From: Eledone cirrhosa
Lineage: Eukaryota
Length of the DNA: 64,000 bases
Assembly (NCBI GenBank): GCA_964016885.1
Contig: OZ024742.1
Coordinates: 199,020,001 to 199,084,000, forward strand
Direction of reading: 5' to 3'
How positions within the stretch are numbered: the stretch's first letter is position 1; the number at the start of each line of letters is the position of its first letter. The position numbers and the translations under genes were made by a program. Shown in pieces: positions 53,496-64,000 of this stretch. Below the pieces are notes generated by a model that saw nothing but the letters and a program-made list of their open reading frames with translations, was not told the origin of the DNA and did no database searches.

Positions 53496-53500
<5 letters not shown>
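50451..53500 (+). mobile_element. ~510-bp direct-repeat-bounded element with a decayed hammerhead motif, split by an LTR insertion
   Basis: ~53-bp direct repeats 50451-50503 and 53446-53500; (TA)n flanks; CTGATGA-gatc...gatc-AAAA at 50713-50772. Confidence 0.6.
50804..53285 (+). mobile_element. Non-autonomous Gypsy-type LTR element with no recognisable pol
   Basis: LTRs 50804-51338 and 52783-53285 (TGTAGTGACC...GTTAAA); PBS-like ggtgaccccg 51342; PPT gaggaaggggg 52769; imperfect TSD aatc / agtc. Confidence 0.88.
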
Positions 53501-53531
<31 letters not shown>

Positions 53532-53547
53532 CAATAATTTATATATT

Positions 53548-54406
53548 TTGAGTACGCTGAGATGCAACCGGTACTAGCAGTGTAATCCATGCTAGTCCTG
53601 TCAACTTATTATTTTCTCCCAACGAGCAGATTAACAATGAGAGTAAGTTGAACAATTTTCCACATCTTTTATAGAGTTTTGTTTAATATGCGTTCTATCT
53701 TCCTCTCTCACTCACTTATTGAATTGTACAAGTTGTGAAATTGACCGGTTTACGCATGTGGTTGGTTGAAATATCTAGAATTCAAATTCTAACCAGCATG
53801 CTAACTCTATATCGCTGTCTACTAACCTGTTGGCATTTAATGTCTGGAAAGGTTTTAGGCACTACTATTGTTACTGTCACACTATTTCTCGCCATGGTAC
53901 TTGGAGACGAGCCAAATGCTGCCATTCTATTGTACAGCGATTGGAGACTGATTTTCTCTAATAACCGATTTTTCACTCACTTGTTAATTTGTATTTGAGA
54001 TACGTTAGCAGGAGCGGAAATATTTGAATTTCATCTCCTACCATCACGTAAATTTCGGAACCAGTAGCCAATTGGTTGATGGCATTGTGATGACATGTAG
54101 GGATTTCAGTTGCTAATGCACGAACTGGAATTGAATTCTGTAGATCGATTGGTTATTGATTAGGCAAAACATGCTGATGAATCCACATGTGCCAATTGTG
54201 CATTGTTGCACAATAAATGCAGACTGGATGCTGTGCACTATTGCTGCATTAAGTGTGGCCAAAACTCGAGTACCCATTTATGCGCGTTGTACTGAAGCGA
54301 ATATCTATGTGTCTACTCTGGATTTTACATAACATTACCTATTGAATACGCTGAAATGCAACCAGTACTAACAGTGAAACCCATGCTGGTCCCGTCAACT
54401 TATTAT
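53548..54406. mobile_element. Penelope-like element relic with terminal direct repeats and a decayed hammerhead
   Basis: ~65-bp direct repeats 53548-53612 and 54342-54406; (TA)n on both sides; hammerhead-like motif 54174-54272 (+); broken minus-strand frame RLLEKI...CDSNN/VVPKTF. Confidence 0.6.
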
Positions 54407-54874
54407 ATATATATAGAGAGAGAGAGATAGATAGATAGATAGAGAGAGGTCAATTTTGCCTTTCATCCATTTAAGGTCCATAAAAAAATAGCAAAAAGTT
54501 CTTCCTTCCCTTTCTCTAATCACTATCCTTCTCTGGGAGAATTCTACTGTTTTCAAACCTGGAGAGGAAATGGGCTCTGCCCATAAAAGATGCCCGAGAA
54601 ACATATGTCAATATAGCACCATATGACCCCCTCAAAAATTGTGTCCGTACATATACATATATACATGTATAAACACACTCATTATCTAACTAGGTAACTG
54701 GGTACTTGATACTTTAAAAAAGTAGATTATTCATTAACCATTAATCCTTAGTCAAAACCCAGCCAAAATGCAAAGTACGGCAGGGCCAACTGGCCAGACT
54801 TCACTCATAACGTGGATGACCTGTCAAACTCATGCAAGCATGGAAAAAATAGATGTTAAACAGTGTTGATGATG

Positions 54875-54953
<79 letters not shown>

Positions 54954-55170
54954 ACAGCATTCCTGACAATTTCACTCACAAGGCATTGGTCAATCTGATA
55001 TTAATTTGTCTGAGATGCCACACAGTGAGATAACGAAATGAAACCATATTGTTGCTAAGCAAGCTCCTTAACCACCCAGCAATGCTTGTGTTCAGATGGA
55101 ACTGCTATATAACCTGTAAGTGTAGAGGAGTAGCCAGTTTTTGGAGGAGGCTGAAACTAAAATATACAAA

Positions 55171-55397
55171 TTAACCCTTCAGCATTTACATTACTCTATA
55201 TTTACTACTGTATTTACATGGTAAAGGCTTACTTCACATAATTAGCTCACATAATATCGAAGCTATGAGATTTGATATTATTCCCTTTGAAAACAATACC
55301 TTAATGTTGGTATGAGTGGCCAGTTCCGCCCAGTTTGAACAGAATGAAGTGAGAAAATTCTGGCCGGATATGGTAGATTTAAATGCTAAAGGGTTAA
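55171..55397. mobile_element. piggyBac-type MITE, second copy
   Basis: ttaacccttcagcattta ... taaatgctaaagggttaa. Confidence 0.85.
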
Positions 55398-56814
55398 ATT
55401 AGAAATAGGAAAATCAAAACACAGATCCACTACATTAGAAAATCTGGTAAAATACCATTACAAACAGAAAATAGATGGCCAGCTTCTACAACAGAGAAGC
55501 AGACTTTGTATCTCTTGAATTCCAGCCAAACCTTTATGCCAAGTGGTAACTGACAGCAATTTCTGTCCAAATTAGGAACTATATAGAATAGCTTTAGTGG
55601 CTAGAGGCAGAAATAAACAAACATTACAATTTATTGAGGTGTTTGGATGATTTGAAATTAGAAATATAGAAATTCAAACACATGATATTAGCTACAGAGC
55701 TTGATTCTTGGTAGTGGCTGCTGACCACTTATTCTCTGTCCTTCAGGGACAATTATCATGACAGCGAATCTGTCCTTGGATTTCCATATTTCTATTTTCA
55801 AATCAACCAAAATAATATTTAAAAAAACTGTTTTACATCCATTTTTCCAAGAGTTAGATTGTTCACTTGTCAGGTAAATTTATTATCTTTTATTCTTTTT
55901 CTTTTGCCATATAACATGGATTGCAATAGTGATGAGATGCTGTGAAATCTGCCTAACCTCTGACATCTTGGAAAAACGGAGATAAAATGATGACGACGAA
56001 GGTAATGATGTATGGTGTATATCTTGTGTTTGTGCAATGAAGGATATAAACATCAATGAGAAAACTGATAGAACTGATGCTCATCAAAGTCCTTGGTGAT
56101 AATTGTTCTGGACTGTTTTACAGACACTCTCATTACTCTTACCTGTCAGAAATATTGTAAACCAGTTGGTTGGCTTGTTAGAAACCCATGTTACCAAGGA
56201 CACTATTTTTCACAAATTCAGGTATAAAATAATTTAAAAAAAAAAACAATAAAATAAAACATCCAGTTGACTTAAGAAGCATTGGGAAAATTCAAAATGT
56301 AGTCATCCCAACATGGATGACTATAATAATAGTTGATCACTATAATAAATAGATGAAAAAAATTGTGTAAAGTAGCCCTGGAGATAGAAAAAAAAAGTAG
56401 GTAGAGGCACTTCTGAGGAAACAGGAAACGAACACTGCATCTCTTGGGTGTCATTCAAGTACATGAAACCATAACACTAATGAGTCCCTGGCCAAAAATT
56501 GTCATCTTTTAGAAGATTTTAAGTCTGTAACAACAAGTGTAAACATTTGGTTGACTTAAAAAGCATTTGGAACTTCCAATGTAGATGACCATAATAATAG
56601 TTGAAAACTTTGTGTAAAGCACCTCTGGAGACAGAAAAAAGTGGACTGGAGTGCCAGCAATTTTGTCTATTATTTATAGTGATTGACTACTATTGTAGTC
56701 ACCTGCATTGAGATGACTACATTTCAAATAAAATAAAAGTTAAATAAACAACAATAAAAGAGAAAGAAAAAAGACAGAGAGAAAGAGAAAGAAAACAAAG
56801 AAATAAAAGACTTA

Positions 56815-57120
<306 letters not shown>

Positions 57121-57149
57121 TTAAGTTCTGTTACAAACTCCAGCTTAAT

Positions 57150-57341
57150 AATTGTTTCTACTTTTGGCACAAGACCAGCAATTACCCAGTACATTACTGG
57201 TACTTTATTTTATCGACCTCGTAAGGATGAAAGGTAAAGTTAACCTTGGCGGGATTTGAACTCAGACCATAAAGGGCCGTAACTTTGCTGCAAAGCATGG
57301 CGTCCGAGCCTCTACCGATACTGCCAATTCACCGCCCTAAT
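57150..57341 (-). mobile_element. tRNA-derived SINE, full length with TSD
   Basis: 18-bp TSD aaactccagcttaataat at 57135 and 57342. Confidence 0.92.
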
Positions 57342-58771
57342 AAACTCCAGCTTAATAATGAGAAAGTTGTTACTAAATCCTTCAAATTTCTTGATTATTT
57401 TCAAATTATAGGCAGTAAGTTTCATTAGAAATATGGTAAAGGAAGGTTGGTATTTATATATATTTAATAACTTTCTATCATAATTTTATATAACAATGTT
57501 TATTATATTCCAAACACCAACTTTATATTCATTTATTCCATTTAAACGTCCGTATAGAGATAGTAAACCACGACAGACTAGGGGAAGTATCGAGTGCTCC
57601 TTACAGTTGGTAATCAGAAAGAGGTAGGGAGACAAGTAATAAAAAATAAATAAAAAAGGCAAAATAAAAACAAAAAACATGGAAGGCAGATTATGCATAA
57701 GAAAATGAAAAAGAAAAGAAAAATAGGAAACAAGGGATGCTGTAAAACAGCTAGAAGTTTCTATTGTTGAATCTTTTTGTAGCTTTATGAGATTCCTAAT
57801 CATAAGTAGTATCTTTCAGTAGAAATATGGCAAAGAAAGGATTTATATTTATCTAAATTTTTTTATATTATATTTTTTAATAGAAATATGGTAATGAAAA
57901 CGTTAACTAACTGATTGATGACCAAAGGCAACACAACCAAGATTACCTCCTCTAAGTTTCAGTATACCTAAAACTAAATTATTTAAAAAAATAAGGGTGC
58001 AGTATGGCTGAATAGTTAAGAACTTTGCTTCACAATCACAAGGTTTAGTCCCACAGTAAGAGATCTGGGGCAAGGGATTTTTTACCATAGCCTCAGGTTG
58101 ACCCAAGCCAAGTGAGTGAAATTGGATGGACGGAACCTGTTTGAAAGCCCATCAGATGGTTTGTACCTGTAATTCAAAGATTCAGCCTTGTCACACATTG
58201 TATCATGCTGAATCTCCCTTAGAATTTCATTTAGGATACATGGAATACTCAACTACTTACACTATAATAGATGGACTGTACTTGTAATTCAAAAGGCTAG
58301 TCTCGTCACATACTGTCAGACAGAATATCCCCTGAGCAATACATTAAGGGGACACACGCCAGTGGAATACTCAGTCACTTGTACATTGGTTCCATTTATC
58401 GAACAACTAGAACACTTCTACTTTAAAGATTACATTATCTGTATTCTTCCCTTCATAAAATGGTAGGATGATTTTGAGGGAGATTTGGCTGCTATTTTTA
58501 GCATGATGAACAACTGAGTAGCAGATTCCTTCATTAGCTCATTATCATATGCATACACCTGAGATAAACACATACACTAACACAGTATGATTCAGAATAC
58601 ACATACACATGAAAGTATATACAATATATGCCTATGTATAATAAACATATAAACATGTTTATCATAAACAATCTTGGGCCTTATTTGTGTTATTTCTCAA
58701 ATATCTGGCTATAAACCAATGTCAGAAATGGTTACTGTATGTTTGTGTTCCTGTGTCTACATATGTGTTTA

Positions 58772-59252
58772 TCTATATATAAAAGAACAAAAATGTCTGT
58801 CTGTATGCAGTCGATGTATTTCCACAGTTTCCATCCGATTTTGTTCAAATTTGATACATAGGTTATTTAGCTCCTGAACATGTCAATAAATAGATTAAAT
58901 CTTTCTCTTCCCTAAAATAGCTGAGTTCTGGGGCTATTTAAGGACGGCCATGTTGAGGAATGAGGGGATCTTTATTGACAGTGGTGAAGGTGAAGGAAGA
59001 CAGACATGGTAGCAGTATTAGTATAAACATACAGATGGAGTGAGGCAGGTTTTTATTGACACTAGAATCTCTACATTTTATTGTCACTCTTGAAAAACTA
59101 TTTCCACGTGAAAAGAAAGGTTTAATTTGTCGTCTGCTTTATAATGATCAAGACATTTATTGTATAATACTTACAGCTTTTTGTCTACCTTAATTTAGTT
59201 ATTGATTCTATCTTATTAAGATGTGCTCGACAATGACGGGCTCTTTTGCTCG
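58772..59252 (+). mobile_element. Non-autonomous Helitron (older)
   Basis: 5' TCTATATATAAAAG...atgtctgtctg as at 16083; degenerate 3' hairpin gctcgacaatgacgggc then CTCG. Confidence 0.65.
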
Positions 59253-59854
59253 ATTGTATTAAGAAATGAAAAGGTTTCATACATGTATGGAATAATGATT
59301 TCTAATCTAGGCAGTATAAGGCCTGCAATTTGTGGAGAGGGGAAATTCAATTATATCGACCCCAGTATTTGACTGGTACTTTATTTTTATCAACTCCAAA
59401 TGGATGAAAGGCAAAGTTAACCTCAGCAGAATTTGAACTCAGAACATAGAAAGCCATGCTAAATGCTACAAAGCATTTTGGGCGATGCCCCAATGATTCT
59501 GCCAATACAAAGCTCTTGAATAATAATGATTTCTACTTTAGGCACAAGGTCTGCAATTTGGAGAGAGAGGAAAGTCCTTTAAATTGACCCCAGTGCGTTA
59601 TTGGTACTTTATTTTATCAACCCTGTAAGGAAGAAAAACAAAGCTAACCTCAGCGGGATTTGAACTCAGATACTGCCAATCCACCACCCTATGGATGTAA
59701 GCCAAAGTTGACCATGACAAGATTTGAACTCAGAATGCAGTGAGCCAGAACAAATTCCAAGGTATTTCATCTGACACAAGTGACTGCCAATTTACCACCT
59801 GGCCAGGAATAACAATAACAACAACAATAACATGGCAGTGATAAAGTTTCTTAC

Positions 59855-59990
59855 CTCATTATCCCAACGACTATCATGTTTCTCCAGAAATTAGGTGGTT
59901 TACCTTCGCGCTGTATGGGGACATACATACCACAAGGGAGATAAATCTGTACAAAACCCAATACTGTTGTCATAACCATTTGCATGGCTC
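59855..59990 (-). CDS. SLC35E2: SLC35E2-like transporter, most 5' exon found in the window (absent from the ORF track)
   Basis: ttttcag / gtaag boundaries; (G)AMQMVMTTVLGFVQIYLPCGMY...PPNFWRNMIVVGIM(R); 136 nt; phase fits the next exon. Confidence 0.93.
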
Positions 59991-61465
59991 CTGAAAAATC
60001 AATTCAACAAACAAATTAAATGTTAATTGAATTAGAATTAAAAGAATTAGCTTCATTAATTAACAAAACAGTTTGTCTTTGTCATCAGCACAAGCAGGGC
60101 TCTGTGGTAAAGGGGTTTGCTTTGCGATCATGTAGTTCTCGGTTCAATCCTGGTGTTTGGCACCTTGAGTCTCTTCTATCTCGGTTGACCATTGCCTTGT
60201 GTGAGGAATTTGGTAGACGGAAACTGCAGAAGTCAATTTTGTGTGTGTGTGTCCATGTCTATGATTACATTTGTGTTTATATCCAGTAACGTAACAGTTC
60301 AACAAAAAAGGATTAATAAAATAAGTATCAAACTTGAAAAAAGACAGTACTGGTGTCGGTATGACTGACTAAGTAAGTCGGTGCTCCAGCATGGCTGCAG
60401 TTTGATAATTGTAACCAGTAAAAGAATACAAGAACCAATTAGAATTTTAAATATTATAAAAATTGAAATGTCAAAAAATTATTTTACATCCATCATTCAC
60501 CTAGACAAAACTGAAAATATACCAGGGTGGAATGAAAGTGCAAATCAAAATAGTAATATGGATATATTAAATCATTAATATATTCGCCGTTGCTTTCAAA
60601 AACCTTATTCTACCTGTCAACTAGCTTATTGATGCCACATTAATAAAATTCCTTAAATTTAGATGTGAAATCAGAAACCTATAATTTTTTTTTTCACCTC
60701 CTCTCTTGAAGTTAGTCTAAGTTCATCAAAATGATTTTGTAAACTTCTAAACAAATGATAATCAGAAGGAGCATGGTTGGAGGAATATGCTGGGTGAAGC
60801 AGTTTTTCCAAGTAGTGCTCTCCAAAGCATCTTTTGAGTAATGTTACTCAATATGGTGTGTTGATTGGAGAACAAGGAGTTGCTCCAGGTAGAGCAACTA
60901 CATCTCCATATCGAGAAATCACAGCTCCAATACTACTGACATGTGGTTAGAATGTCTAAGGAAAGAATTGGAGATGGTTGCTTCTAATAGGACCCTCTGG
61001 AAGTTATGTCTGAGGACTCTGCTTGCAAGACACTATTGGGAATAAGTGGACAAAGAAGAAAAAGAATTCTTCTTGGAAGTTCTTAGTTACTTGTATAGTG
61101 TAAGGATAGAATGGGCATTTTTCTGTGCAAAGCTGATTTCAAATGACAAAGTTGTTGACAATAAACTTCGGCTGTTTCATTATTGTTTAATAGCTCATAA
61201 TGAATATGCATAAGTAGTGACAAAAAGGGCATCCAGCTGTAAAACATTGCCTGAAAAAGTCTTGTCCAACCCATGCCAGCACGGAAAGAAACGTTAATGT
61301 GAAAACAATGATATATATGTGGTTGGCATTAGGAAGGGCATCTAGCCATAGAAAACCAGCCAGAAACAGTCCTCTACGAGCAAGACACAGTCACCTGACC
61401 AAACTTGCCTCAAATGGGACAAACCCGTCTAATCCATGCTAGCATGGAAAATAGACATTAAGTGA

Positions 61466-61508
<43 letters not shown>

Positions 61509-61563
61509 AGTGAAATAACAGGAGCCAAATATGTTGAATCTCCTTAATTTTTTATTTCTAAAA

Positions 61564-61621
61564 ACACTATGCACATTTCAGTGGCCAGGTTGCGTAAGAA
61601 CGCGGTGACCTCATCAGGTGT
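61564..61621 (-). ncRNA. Candidate minimal type-I hammerhead ribozyme
   Basis: Minus strand reads acac-CTGATGA-ggtcaccgcgttcttacgcaacctggccact-GAAA-tgtgca-TA-gtgt. Both core motifs are intact, stem I is 4 bp and stem III is near-palindromic. Confidence 0.65.
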
Positions 61622-61787
61622 AAATTGCATAATAGATGGTAAACTTTAAGGAAACAAGCAAAGAAAAAACAGAGGAAAAGTGTGTGTTTATGCTTTTGAC
61701 CTATAACATTGAATGCTTTTCTCATATTACGTCATGGTTAACATTGCAGAATGACCAATTCTACCGGGTGGTAAACCACCAAAATTA

Positions 61788-61832
<45 letters not shown>

Positions 61833-61871
61833 TATTTATATATATATATATACATTATTTATGTATATATA

Positions 61872-62062
61872 CTAGCAGTGGAGCCCTGCGTTGCATGGGA
61901 TTGGAAAAATTAAACTTCAAAAGTGTAGTAACGCATATAAATTTTAAAAAAAATCAAATATGAATGCGAGTTGCACACATGGAGCGGAAACATAGGTTGT
62001 AGTTTGTGCCCTACTTCTTTGGTGAAAAAAATAGATGTGCGATGAAAGAACTTTGATAGACT
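61872..62062 (-). mobile_element. Helitron 3' fragment
   Basis: Minus strand ends cccatgcaacgcagggctccactgCTAG. Confidence 0.6.
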
Positions 62063-62245
62063 ATATATATATATTTATATCTGTATTTTTAACCATTGGT
62101 CAATCAATGATAAACATTGATTGCCAAATAAATTAACTGTGGAGATATAAAAGATACAGAAGCGAAAACCAACCCAAACCAAACTGAGTGTGTTCTGTTA
62201 TTATTTCTGGCAATATTATAACAATATGACCCTCCCCAAGTATAA

Positions 62246-62299
<54 letters not shown>

Positions 62300-62480
62300 T
62301 TTCATTTTCATTTCATTTTACGTCCACTTTTCCATGCTTGCAAGGGTGGGACGGGAACTGATTCTGGCATGATTTCTACAGCTGGATGCCCTTCCTAACA
62401 CCAACCTCATTTACAGTGAGTGCAATTATATATATATATATATAATTGTTATACTTGGGGATATATATATATATTGTCGT

Positions 62481-62827
62481 GGAGGCACATGGCTTAGTGG
62501 TTAGAGCATTGGTCTTGCAATCGAAAGGTTGTGAGTTCAATTCTCAGACCAGGTGATGTGTTGCTTCCTTGAGCAAGACACTTTATTTCACATTGCTCCA
62601 GTTTACTCAGCTGTAGAAATGAGATGATAGGAACTGGGGTCCCTATCATTCCACTCCAAAGTGGTCATGGAGGTGCCACGGCAAAAAAAAAAGCACCCAG
62701 CACTCACTGTAAATGAGGTTGGTGTTAGGAAGGGCATCCAGCTGTAGAAATCAAGCCAGAATCAGTTCCCGTCCCACCCTTGCAAGCAGGGAAAAGTGGA
62801 CGTAAAATGATGATGATGATGATGATG
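62481..62827 (+). mobile_element. tRNA/CORE-like/RTE-tail SINE, second copy
   Basis: Near-identical to 13332-13723. Confidence 0.88.
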
Positions 62828-62833
62828 TCATAC

Positions 62834-63382
62834 TCTGGTCCCTTACGATTTGAACACATATATGTATATATCTGTGTTTATCTCTCTTTTATATTCAATT
62901 ATATTACATGGACCGGAAAAATCTCTTGAACTATTTAATTGTAAGAGACTATTTTGAGTTTCTAACTCAATAATATATACCTTTGATATATTCGGCTCCT
63001 TCAATTTGTAGAGCTAATTTAAATGTCGAGTAAACTTGGCTGTTATTTTTAGTAGTATACGTTTATGAGACACGCTAGGTTCTGATGCCATGTGCATTAT
63101 TTTATATACACACACTATTCAATCTTCTGAGATACTTACTGATGAGCAAAAGAATTGGTAATTCCCTTCACTAAAATTGCTAAACAGCATTACCAAAAGT
63201 TGCCCGGGTGTCTGGCAGTTACCCCAATATCGGTTTGTATTTCTTTTCTTGATTTATTCTTTTAAATTGAGTCTGGCAAACCCTATTGTTCATAGTATTT
63301 TTTTAACCCTAGCGAATCTGGTCCCTTACGAACACATATATGTATATATCTGTGTTTATCTCTCTTTTATATTCAATTATAT
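62834..63382 (+). mobile_element. ~483-bp direct-repeat-bounded element with a decayed hammerhead-like motif
   Basis: ~68-bp direct repeats 62834-62904 and 63317-63382, then a TA-rich tract; CTGATGA-gcaa...ttgc-TAAA at 63139-63184. Confidence 0.6.
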
Positions 63383-64000
63383 ATATCTATATCTATATAT
63401 ATATAACTGGCTTCCTTGCAGTTAGCCTCTACCAATTTCTTTCATAAGGCATAGATCAGCTTAAGACTATAGTAGATGACACTTGTCCAAAGTGTCCACA
63501 CTGTTGTACTGAACCTAAAACCACTCAGTCATGTAGTAAATAGAATTGACCATCACCACAGTACTTACAAATATATAGAGAAAGGTAAGTGCTCTCTCTC
63601 TTCCCTTTTCTCTCTCTGGTGTTTAAATTCTAGCTTCAGTCTACAAGTATGTATTCAATAGTGGTCCAAAATACCCAGGCTATGGAAGCTACAACACAAT
63701 CTCCTTCCCCCACCCCAAAAAAAAGAAAGAAAGCACACATCAATCATGACTAATCATGGATTTGCATATTGGAAAATTCCTCTTCAAGTCTGTTTAAAGT
63801 GTTTTTGTGGAAGACCAGCAGTTATCCATGTATGCCAGTTTTCCATCTCTATGCCACTGATGTTTTTCAAGGGAAAACCATAGGCAGATATAGCTTGGTA
63901 CTGGTGCTGTCACACCTCATCTATACACTGTATATGATGATGTACAAGGAGAAGGTACAGGTCTATACAGTTTGGCTTTAAAGATGTTGCAACTCATTTG

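Noticed and set aside
54178-54295. Cys-rich peptide (CANC...CCIKC) resembling a piggyBac C-terminal domain
   Set aside because: There are stops just upstream and no TTAA/TIR ends. The same bases are better explained as the hammerhead stem II insertion.

Overview
AT-rich, repeat-dense animal genomic DNA. The SINE/RTE repertoire suggests an octopod cephalopod (inference). There is one host gene: five minus-strand coding exons of an SLC35E2-like nucleotide-sugar transporter (59990->36061), with all splice phases consistent; its 5' exons were not found in the window. The rest is repeats: a 122-unit 42-bp minisatellite (1-5124); a young 5'-truncated CR1-type LINE with an unbroken EN/RT frame, inserted in an (AAC/ACC) microsatellite; older CR1 and RTE fragments; two deleted Gypsy elements with tRNA-Trp-type primer sites; Helitrons; hAT, mariner, Tigger and piggyBac relics; and many tRNA-derived SINEs. 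The most notable unexplained signal is a set of short, mostly unrelated elements next to (TA)n tracts that carry hammerhead-ribozyme motifs. Three have ~55-70 bp terminal direct repeats, resembling Penelope-like or retrozyme-like elements. Spacer-less SINE palindromes and other near-perfect hairpins also recur in and near the SLC35E2 transcript. All calls were made by eye; no database searches or folding programs were run.
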